Source of the DNA: Thermoplasmata archaeon
GTDB taxonomy: Archaea > Thermoplasmatota > Thermoplasmata > RBG-16-68-12 > SOIM01
Assembly (NCBI GenBank): GCA_023140195.1
Contig: JAGLME010000032.1
Span: 52,220 to 116,219 of the forward strand
Direction: 5' to 3'
DNA length: 64,000 bases
Shown: one piece after another, positions 57,370 to 64,000 of the stretch
Layout of the letters: each line of letters opens with the position of its first letter
How positions within the stretch are numbered: position 1 is the first letter of the stretch
The notes under the pieces: generated by a model
Seen by the model: the letters and a program-made list of their open reading frames with translations, nothing else
Database searches by the model: none
What the model was told of the DNA's origin: nothing
Program-made: the position numbers and the translations under genes

Positions 57370-58288
57370 CGATCCTGACCCCTTCTCTCTCGGTCTCCAC
57401 TATGTATGCCTTCCCGCCTTGCTCCTCGATCAATGATGCGACCTCCGTGGGATGGTCCGTCAGCGCGATCATACTTCCACCGCCTCCCGCACCCGTAAGC
57501 TTGGCACCGTACGACAAAGGCTGGACCGCTTCCACGAATCTGTCCAGGAGTTCATGTCCCACCCCCAATCCATTGAGGAGGTCGTGATTCCTCTTCATCA
57601 GCTCACCGACCTTGCTGAAGTCTTCGTTCTTAATGGCGTCCAGGCCGTCCAGCGTAATGCGACCAATCTCCTTGACCATGCCCTTTGCTCTTTCGCTGGT
57701 TCTCACGTAGTCCTTGACCTTGTCCACCAGCGGGCCGGTGGATGCTTTTATGCCAGTGTCTCCGACCACTATCTTCATCTTGGGTATGTCACGGCTGTGA
57801 AGGAACCATTGCTTCTCATCCTTCTCTATCAACCAGAGGAAGTCGCTCTCCTTCTTCTTGGTGACGAAGACCGCACTTCCATGACACGCGGTGGTCGTAT
57901 CTATGGGGCTTGCCCTTTCCTGCACCTTCAGCTCCACCTCGAAACCCTTCCTGGCAATCATCTCCCTTGAGAACCCCCCCTGCATCTGTGTCAGTAATCC
58001 TAGCGTGGCCACGCTCACGGCTGCGGAGGATCCCATCCCTGCGGCCGATGGAAGTTCTGATTCGGTCACTATGGCGAGAGGTCCACCCTTCCAAATGAGA
58101 TCCAGGCAAGTGCCTATGTAGGGTTTGCCCTCATTTGACAGAGGTCTGCCGTTGAAGGTGAACTCGGAAGAAGGTCGCCCAGTTACAAGGAGCCTCTTGT
58201 TGATGGCAGTTGCTAGTGCCTGTTCTCCGAAAACAACAGCATGTTCGCCGAACAATATCACTTTTCCAGGCGCAGAACAACTAGTCAT
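57362..58288 (-). CDS. mvk: Mevalonate kinase (GHMP kinase family)
   Basis: N-terminal PGKVILFGEHAVVFG, the GHMP ATP-binding motif (AAGMGSSAA), and mevalonate-pathway context typical of archaea. Confidence 0.85.
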   Translation of the reverse strand: MTSCSAPGKVILFGEHAVVFGEQALATAINKRLLVTGRPSSEFTFNGRPLSNEGKPYIGTCLDLIWKGGPLAIVTESELPSAAGMGSSAAVSVATLGLLTQMQGGFSREMIARKGFEVELKVQERASPIDTTTACHGSAVFVTKKKESDFLWLIEKDEKQWFLHSRDIPKMKIVVGDTGIKASTGPLVDKVKDYVRTSERAKGMVKEIGRITLDGLDAIKNEDFSKVGELMKRNHDLLNGLGVGHELLDRFVEAVQPLSYGAKLTGAGGGGSMIALTDHPTEVASLIEEQGGKAYIVETEREGVRIDG

Positions 58289-58338
58289 TCGCCAGTTTCA
58301 TGATGCCGAGCAACTTAAGTTTTGCGTTGAGGGGCCCT

Positions 58339-58557
58339 CTATCTCATCCTCTCCAACTGTGAAGCTCTGACCTCCTGCTTCTTGGCCTTCTCGTCGAGCT
58401 TCTTGGCGGATTCCCTCAGTTTCGCTGCCCGAGCCCTCAGCCTTCCGGCCTGGACCCTCGCCTTTGCCGCCTTCTGTTGTCTAGCAGCTCTAGCCTTGGC
58501 AGCCTTGGCGCTTTTGACTTGATCCTTTGCCTGCCGCACCGTCCTTTGTTGTTGCAT
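58339..58557 (-). CDS. Small highly basic Ala/Lys/Arg-rich helical protein (72 aa), function unknown
   Basis: An ORF with a TATATAT box 27-34 bp upstream (leaderless geometry). Composition resembles nucleic-acid-binding basic helices. No recognisable family. Confidence 0.4.
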   Translation of the reverse strand: MQQQRTVRQAKDQVKSAKAAKARAARQQKAAKARVQAGRLRARAAKLRESAKKLDEKAKKQEVRASQLERMR

Positions 58558-58643
58558 AACTCTCGGACGAGAATTTGAACCTGAATATATAACTATTTCG
58601 AAATGGCTTTGGGCTGATAATTGGGACCCCGGAATAGCCTGGC

Positions 58644-59159
58644 CTACTCTATCTTGATTTTGTGGGGTTTGGCGTCCTCGGTTTTGTTGAGAACGACGTC
58701 AAGGACGCCGTTCCTAAAAGTCGCCTTTATCGATTCTCCGTCAACACCGCAGGGGAGTTCAATCTCCTTCTGTATTCTCCTGTGTTGGTCGTCAACATTT
58801 ATAGTCATTCTCCGGCCATCAATGTCGACGTCAATGTCATCCTTTTCGATTCCTGGCAGTTCAACCGTGACTGAGATCGTGTCCCCCCTCTCGATGATAT
58901 CCGAAAGGGGTTCCCTGCTAACTCCGTTGCCGACGCTCTCGCCGCTCCCAACCGCATCTCCGAACCTCTGGAAGACCGGCTTCCCATCATCCGGACCTGT
59001 GCGCACGCTGAACCCATACACGAAAGGCTCAAGGTCACCCTTGTCCCTTAGAGTTCGGTCGGCCATCATGTCCATCATCTCTCGGATCCTGTCCCATTCC
59101 CGGTCAAAGAAACCGAAGGAGTCATCGAACGGATGTTTCCTCTTCTTTTCGTCGTTCAT
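58644..59159 (-). CDS. hsp20: Small heat shock protein, Hsp20 / alpha-crystallin family
   Basis: Alpha-crystallin domain ([26 protein letters not shown]...[12 protein letters not shown]). 4-bp overlap with the upstream cdc48 gene. Confidence 0.9.
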   Translation of the reverse strand: MNDEKKRKHPFDDSFGFFDREWDRIREMMDMMADRTLRDKGDLEPFVYGFSVRTGPDDGKPVFQRFGDAVGSGESVGNGVSREPLSDIIERGDTISVTVELPGIEKDDIDVDIDGRRMTINVDDQHRRIQKEIELPCGVDGESIKATFRNGVLDVVLNKTEDAKPHKIKIE

Positions 59160-61351
59160 GCTATCTCAACTCCTTCTCTGCCGAGTTTGCCTGTGAAATC
59201 CACATACTTCTCCAACTTCTTCTTTTCGGTTCCGCGGACCTTGTCCATTGCCCTTTGGAAGTACTTGTTTGATATCTTCCTTTTCGCTATCCTCTCTTCG
59301 CTGAGGTCGCCCCCTTCCAGAACGAAGTCTCTAATCGAAAGCATGGTGGCCTCATTGCTAACACTCGCTATGTCGGCACCTGTGAAACCTTCTGAGTCTC
59401 TGGCGAGAACATCTATGTCCACATCCTTCGCTATAGGCTTGTCCCTTGTGTGGATTTCGAATATCTTCTTTCTCGCTTCCAGGTCCGGTACGGGTATGTA
59501 TACTAGTCGATCGAATCTCCCCGGTCTCAGCAGTGCTGGGTCGATGATGTCAAGCCTATTCGTTGCAGCGATGACAGTCACGTTGTGAAGATCTTCCAGG
59601 CCGTCCAGTTCTGTTAGTATCTGAGAGATGACCCTCTCAGTCACATGCGAGTCGGAGTTGCTTCCTCTGACGGGTGCAATGGCGTCCAGCTCGTCAAGGA
59701 AGATGACGCACGGGCTTGCCTGCTTTGCCTTCCTGAACGTCTCTCTGACCGCTTTCTCGCTCTCTCCGACCCACTTCGACAGGAACTCGGGGCCCTTCAC
59801 ACTGATGAAGTTGGACTCCGCCTCCGTCGCTACCGCCTTTGCGAGGAGCGTCTTTCCGGTTCCAGGTGGACCGTACAGCAGCACCCCTTTTGGCGGTTTT
59901 GCGTTCATGTGTTCGAACAGCTTCCCATATTTCAGGGGCCACTCTACCGTCTCCATAAGCTCTTGCTTGGCACCTTCCAGTCCTCCTACATCTGTCCACC
60001 GGACATCCGGCGATTCGATGAGGACCTCCCTCAAGGCAGATGGGGCCATCTCTCTAAAAGCGTCATTGAAATCATCAACTGTGACGATTATCTTGTTCAG
60101 TATTTCGACCGGAATGCTCTCGACTTCCAGATCGATCTCGGGCAGTATCCTTCGAAGTGCCCTGATCGCGGCTTCCTTGGCGAGGGCCGCCAGGTCCGCA
60201 CCCGCGTAACCATGGGTCATGTTGGCGAACTTCTTCAGGTCGATGTCCTCGGCCAGGGGCATTCCTCTGGTGTGGATCAGTAGAACCTCATGCCGTCCCC
60301 TCTTGTCAGGGATACCGATCTCGATCTCCCTGTCGAACCTTCCCGGTCTTCTGAGTGCCGGGTCAAGTGAATCAGGGCGATTGGTAGCTCCGATCACGAC
60401 GACTTTTCCTCGGGCCTTCAAACCATCCATCAACGCCAGAAGCTGGGCCACGACCCTTCTCTCCACCTCTCCGCTGACCTCATCTCTCTTTGGTGCAATG
60501 GAATCTATCTCATCGATGAATATGATGCTGGGGGCGTTTTCCTCTGCCGTGTTGAAGATCTCCCTGAGGTTCTCTTCGCTCTGTCCGTAGTACTTGGACA
60601 TGATCTCCGGTCCAGACAATGAATGGAAATTTGCTTGGGTCTCACTCGCGACGGCCTTTGCGAGAAGGGTCTTGCCCGTTCCCGGCGGACCGTGCAGTAG
60701 CAGTCCCTTGGGCGCTTCCACGCCAAGCTTGTCAAAAAGTTCAGGATGTCTCAGGGGCAGTTCGATCATCTCCCTGACCTTCTTCACCTCGTCTCCGAGG
60801 CCTCCTATGTCCTCGTAACTGACCTTAGGGAGTGACAAAGTCTCCTCTTTCACCGGCTTATCGCTTATCGTGACCCGTGTGGTTCTCTGGATTATGATCG
60901 CATCTGATGAGGGGGAGAACGAGACCACCACGAGGTCGATCTTCCTCCCCATCACATTCAGCTCTACGATATCTCCCCTGGAGATCGCTCTTCCTTCCAG
61001 TATCTGGGATATGTACTGCTCTCCGCCCACTATCCTCAAGGGCTCGGTCAAAGCCAGTTTCACCTTCTCCGCCATCTTCGCCCTTGTTTTCCTGATTCCC
61101 ACCTTCTCGTCAATTCCTACGTCAGCGTTCTTTCGGATCGATCCGTCAATCCTGATGACGCCCCTGTTCTCATCCTCTGGGTAGCCGGGCCAGCAGATCG
61201 CGACGGTCTTCTTTTTGCCTTCGACTAGGACGACGTCCCCTGTTGTGAGGCCAAGGATGTTCACCACCGCTGGGTCGATCCTGGCTATTCCCCTTCCGAC
61301 ATCTTTGGGCTTTGCCTCTGCAACTCTTAGAATCTTATCATCTTCACTCAT
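59156..61351 (-). CDS. cdc48: CDC48/VCP-like AAA+ ATPase (N-domain plus two AAA modules)
   Basis: Two Walker A sites (GPPGTGKT x2), two SRH regions, and a CDC48 N-terminal double-psi barrel. Confidence 0.95.
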   Translation of the reverse strand: MSEDDKILRVAEAKPKDVGRGIARIDPAVVNILGLTTGDVVLVEGKKKTVAICWPGYPEDENRGVIRIDGSIRKNADVGIDEKVGIRKTRAKMAEKVKLALTEPLRIVGGEQYISQILEGRAISRGDIVELNVMGRKIDLVVVSFSPSSDAIIIQRTTRVTISDKPVKEETLSLPKVSYEDIGGLGDEVKKVREMIELPLRHPELFDKLGVEAPKGLLLHGPPGTGKTLLAKAVASETQANFHSLSGPEIMSKYYGQSEENLREIFNTAEENAPSIIFIDEIDSIAPKRDEVSGEVERRVVAQLLALMDGLKARGKVVVIGATNRPDSLDPALRRPGRFDREIEIGIPDKRGRHEVLLIHTRGMPLAEDIDLKKFANMTHGYAGADLAALAKEAAIRALRRILPEIDLEVESIPVEILNKIIVTVDDFNDAFREMAPSALREVLIESPDVRWTDVGGLEGAKQELMETVEWPLKYGKLFEHMNAKPPKGVLLYGPPGTGKTLLAKAVATEAESNFISVKGPEFLSKWVGESEKAVRETFRKAKQASPCVIFLDELDAIAPVRGSNSDSHVTERVISQILTELDGLEDLHNVTVIAATNRLDIIDPALLRPGRFDRLVYIPVPDLEARKKIFEIHTRDKPIAKDVDIDVLARDSEGFTGADIASVSNEATMLSIRDFVLEGGDLSEERIAKRKISNKYFQRAMDKVRGTEKKKLEKYVDFTGKLGREGVEIA

Positions 61352-61372
61352 GCTACTTCCCCGCTTAACTTA

Positions 61373-61387
61373 TTAACCTTAGGTTAA
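61373..61387. promoter_or_regulatory. Palindromic operator TTAACCTTAGGTTAA (7-1-7), core of a conserved 25-bp box CTTATTAACCWTAGGTTAACAACCT. It lies between the TATA box and the cdc48 start codon, over the predicted TSS.
   Basis: Perfect inverted repeat. The same box recurs upstream of the adjacent wHTH regulator gene at 62324-62338. Confidence 0.6.
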
Positions 61388-61397
61388 CAACCTTGAG

Positions 61398-61408
61398 TTT
61401 ATATATAG
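61398..61408 (-). promoter_or_regulatory. TATA box (TTTATATATAG on the plus strand) for the cdc48-hsp20 operon
   Basis: AT-rich TATA about 50 bp upstream of the cdc48 ATG, with the operator about 25 bp downstream of it. Confidence 0.45.
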
Positions 61409-61434
61409 TGCCCCCCACTATTTAAACATTACGA

Positions 61435-61608
61435 CTAGGATTTCCTTTTGACAGTTATCGGGATCACGGCCTTGTCAAACTCCATCATGGCGATTGTTAT
61501 TGCGTCTGTCAAGTTCTTGGGGATTTTCAATAGAACGGGTGCTCCCAGCGAAATCTGCAAAGCTCTGGCCCCGATTATCCGTGCCTTCTCGAAACGTGTG
61601 TAGTTCAT
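61435..61608 (-). CDS. rpoK: DNA-directed RNA polymerase subunit K (Rpo6, omega homologue)
   Basis: Manual translation of the minus strand: [57 protein letters not shown], matching RpoK ([14 protein letters not shown]). Its start ATG overlaps the regulator stop (ATGA). Too small for the ORF track. Confidence 0.85.
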   Translation of the reverse strand: MNYTRFEKARIIGARALQISLGAPVLLKIPKNLTDAITIAMMEFDKAVIPITVKRKS

Positions 61609-62282
61609 GCTCCTCCCTCAATTACTATTTCGCTCTCTCCGAGCCTCCTCAGCATGTCCTTGACGACCTTCTCCCTCAGATTGAGTCTCTCCGAGATCCT
61701 CGCAAGGTTTCTATCCGCCTTACCCAGCATGTAGTAGAGCAGCCGTCTCTCATCGTAATCCCGGTTCAACATCTCGACTGCGGTATGTGCTTCTCTCATC
61801 GCCTCGTTCTTCAGCCCCATCAACTGGGCCCTTTTCGCCTCGAGGTCGTTTATCTCCTCATCTATCCTGTGTAGGAAATCGGATATCTCATTTAACCTTT
61901 TCTTGGGATCATCTGTAGAAAGGAGCTCGTTCCACTTCTTTTCCAACTCCTTGTACTCTCCCTCGAGCTTCGTCTTCACGTTAAGTGACTTCAACTCGGC
62001 GCTGAACAGGTTGGGAGCGTAGTCTATCATCAAGGAGAAATTGTAGCTGGCGACGTAGCATTTCCTCTCCGGGCCACCGGCATCGCTCTTTTCCGGTTTG
62101 CATTTCACTAGGTTGAAGTTCTCCAGCACCTTCAGGTGCTTTACGATGGCCTGCTGGCTCACCTTCAGTTCCTTTGAGAGCTGTAGGGGGTAGTGTCTCT
62201 CCCTTGAGATCTTCTGGAGAATTCTCCTTCTAGTCGGGTTCTCAAGCACTGCCAGGATCTCGTCTAGTGAATGATCGGTCAT
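61605..62282 (-). CDS. ArsR-like winged-helix regulator with a long C-terminal coiled-coil, the Phr-type heat-shock regulator architecture. The internal start MTDHSL is preferred; the longer ORF start would place the operator inside the CDS.
   Basis: wHTH ([49 protein letters not shown]) plus a ~110-aa helical tail. Palindromic box about 42 bp upstream of its ATG. Adjacent to the hsp20/AAA+ operon that carries the same box. Confidence 0.7.
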   Translation of the reverse strand: MTDHSLDEILAVLENPTRRRILQKISRERHYPLQLSKELKVSQQAIVKHLKVLENFNLVKCKPEKSDAGGPERKCYVASYNFSLMIDYAPNLFSAELKSLNVKTKLEGEYKELEKKWNELLSTDDPKKRLNEISDFLHRIDEEINDLEAKRAQLMGLKNEAMREAHTAVEMLNRDYDERRLLYYMLGKADRNLARISERLNLREKVVKDMLRRLGESEIVIEGGA

Positions 62283-62323
62283 TTCAATATTCCTTTCTTC
62301 GTTGATTCTCATAACACATCTTA

Positions 62324-62338
62324 TTAACCATAGGTTAA
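62324..62338. promoter_or_regulatory. Second copy of the palindromic operator (TTAACCATAGGTTAA), upstream of the Phr-like regulator gene. Probable autoregulatory site.
   Basis: The same 25-bp box as at 61373-61387, with only the central dinucleotide differing. Confidence 0.6.
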
Positions 62339-62395
62339 CAACCTGCATTAACTACATAGCCTATTAACTACTTGAATCTACCGAGTGTGTGGACC

Positions 62396-63433
62396 CTATC
62401 CGCGGGGTCTCTTCTCATCCAATCTCTTCTTCTCCACCCGGAGGATTATCTTGCTGGCTCCGCACTTCGGACATTGATTGACGAAGTCTGAGGAAACAAA
62501 TGTCCCGCATTTCCTCTCACCTCTGCACATGATCTCATAAAAGACATCCATATCGCCCACATTCTCATAGAACTCCACGGTCCTTTCCGATCCGAAGACC
62601 GCCATATTGTCGCTGAGGTGACCTAGAGAGAAACCGTGGTCGATTCTGGAAACGATCTCGTGAGTTTCCGGGTCCATGAACACGGTCCCGCCTTCAAGGA
62701 TGACCAGAATCACTCCATTCGAGACAATATGTCTAACATGATTGGGAAAGCTCTCTTTCCAAAGCGACTCACCTTTTGAATCTAAGGCATGGACCTCTCT
62801 TCCGGAAGCTAGATATATCTTCCCCCCAGCAGAGACAAGCGATGAGATTCCCTTGTCGAATCCCATATCCCATTGGACCGCTCCTTCACCGTTCACCTCG
62901 ATTATTGAATCTTCAGTAGCCACAATGAAGTGGGATCCATGTCTGATAATGGCTTCCGCCTTGACCTCAAGCTGGACCTTTCCGAGCGGTTCCCAGTCTG
63001 GATCGAAAGCGTGCAGTTCATTCCCTGCAAGGAGATCGACCGTCTCGCCCGCTAGGACCTGCACCGGTTCGCTGTCCAGTGGTATCTCCTTCTTCTCATC
63101 CCCATCCGAGTTGAGAAAGGTCAAAGCATCCTTGCACGCCACCACGATTCCGCCGTCAGGGAGCGGGGCCAGGTCACGGAAGTCGCTCTTCAAACCCTGC
63201 CTCCACCGCATTTCCCCGTCCAGATCGAACGCTCTCATGATCCTCCTGGAAGCCACAACCACGCCCCTTCGGCTAATAAGATGGCTCAGACCCAGAATGG
63301 TATCACCTACATCACGCTTCCATATGATGGCGAAGTTCACAGGAGATGGATTGCGAGGGCGATTAAAAAGTCTTCGTTCCTCAATCTTGGAGCACCATAC
63401 TTCGATATTTTCATTCTCAAGAATCAGAGCCAA
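62396..63433 (-). CDS. PQQ/WD40-like beta-propeller repeat protein with a C-terminal C4 zinc ribbon
   Basis: Repeated beta-strand blades (GKIYLASGREVHALD; GGIVVACKDALTFLNSDG) and the C-terminal CPKCGASKIILRVEKKRLDEKRPRG following CGTFVSSD (CxxC...CxxC). Confidence 0.6.
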   Translation of the reverse strand: MALILENENIEVWCSKIEERRLFNRPRNPSPVNFAIIWKRDVGDTILGLSHLISRRGVVVASRRIMRAFDLDGEMRWRQGLKSDFRDLAPLPDGGIVVACKDALTFLNSDGDEKKEIPLDSEPVQVLAGETVDLLAGNELHAFDPDWEPLGKVQLEVKAEAIIRHGSHFIVATEDSIIEVNGEGAVQWDMGFDKGISSLVSAGGKIYLASGREVHALDSKGESLWKESFPNHVRHIVSNGVILVILEGGTVFMDPETHEIVSRIDHGFSLGHLSDNMAVFGSERTVEFYENVGDMDVFYEIMCRGERKCGTFVSSDFVNQCPKCGASKIILRVEKKRLDEKRPRG

Positions 63434-63526
63434 TAATCTGCTCTTAACCTACTTAACCCCTCCAAGTCTATGATTTGCAGACTAGACTCCTAGCTATGTC
63501 TAAGACCGATAGACCGAGCGTTGATC

Positions 63527-64000
63527 ATGGACGATGAAGAGTTCATCAGAGCAGCTAGAGTCCTCTCTAGCGATCACGGTTTGCGAATCCTGAGAGTCCT
63601 CTCGGACGACCAGTGGAAGATAGCTAGCGAGATCTCATCTCTTCTTGACATTCATACAAGCACCGCTTCGAAGTATCTGGCGCTTTTACACCAAAGGAGG
63701 CTTCTTGATCGGAGGACCCGGAAAACAGGTCGGCGCTCCACATTCGAGTTTCATCTGAAGAGACCGACAATCATGCTGGAGGTGGACCTCTCTGGCGGTC
63801 GGGACCTTAGGGCTCTGGATTGCTGGGATGAGTGCCTTGCACTATTCCACTGGATTATCTCAGCGGCCAATGACCGTGGATACTCTGGGATTGATGACAG
63901 CATAGACGATCTGCTGCGGAAACTGGAAGGGGAAACGGGGGTCGGGAATCTCTCGCTTTTCGATCCGAAGTGCGACATCGGCGTTGCCAGGCACCTTGTG
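63527..64000 (+). CDS. ArsR-family winged-helix transcriptional regulator, 3'-truncated at the window end
   Basis: Manual translation from the ATG at 63527: MDDEEFIRAARVLSSDHGLRILRVLSDDQWKIASEISSLLDIHTSTASKYLALLHQRRLL..., which is open to the end of the window. Classical ArsR recognition helix. Confidence 0.65.
   Translation, partial: MDDEEFIRAARVLSSDHGLRILRVLSDDQWKIASEISSLLDIHTSTASKYLALLHQRRLLDRRTRKTGRRSTFEFHLKRPTIMLEVDLSGGRDLRALDCWDECLALFHWIISAANDRGYSGIDDSIDDLLRKLEGETGVGNLSLFDPKCDIGVARHLV

Noticed and set aside
61605-62348. Long form of the Phr-like regulator ORF
   Set aside because: Its first 22 codons would contain the palindromic operator and promoter. The internal Met at 62282 gives the expected ~225-aa regulator with the operator upstream.

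Overview
This is an archaeal chromosomal segment, coding-dense on both strands. It carries aEF-1beta, RpoH, RpoK, PolD DP2, L30e, the P0/P1 stalk proteins and an unsplit RpoB, and its 5S rRNA gene stands alone. By inference it is most compatible with a Thermoplasmata-like euryarchaeon. Core information-processing clusters are intact: ftsZ-secE-spt5-L11-L1-L10-L12, and rpoH-rpoB-rpoA'-rpoA''-L30e-nusA. Other content: a glycosylation island (three GT4, a Wzx flippase, a GT-C-like membrane protein), PolD large subunit, two MscS channels, an NhaP antiporter, an APC permease fused to USP domains, two radical-SAM enzymes, mevalonate kinase, and a CDC48-Hsp20 operon under a Phr-like regulator with recognisable palindromic operators. 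RNA genes: tRNA-Thr(UGU), a 185-nt intron-containing tRNA, and a lone 5S rRNA. Most unusual: (i) a KaiC-like ATPase / double-wHTH regulator followed by a 1543-aa chimeric membrane protein (cytoplasmic HhH + double Zn-ribbon + TPR + an 18-copy 'xVNGx' pentapeptide array, then TM, then extracellular DUF11-like and lamin-tail domains ending in a PEF-CTERM-like anchor); (ii) a SAP-domain / polyacidic / 4x zinc-ribbon / 2-TM protein; (iii) a related N-terminal beta-sandwich-like module prepended to Spt5, an MscS channel and the NhaP antiporter; (iv) N-terminal extensions on Spt5 and RpoA''; (v) a multi-intron tRNA; (vi) a 1671-aa FG-GAP beta-propeller surface protein with 285-bp tandem repeats. No CRISPR array, transposase or integrase is visible.
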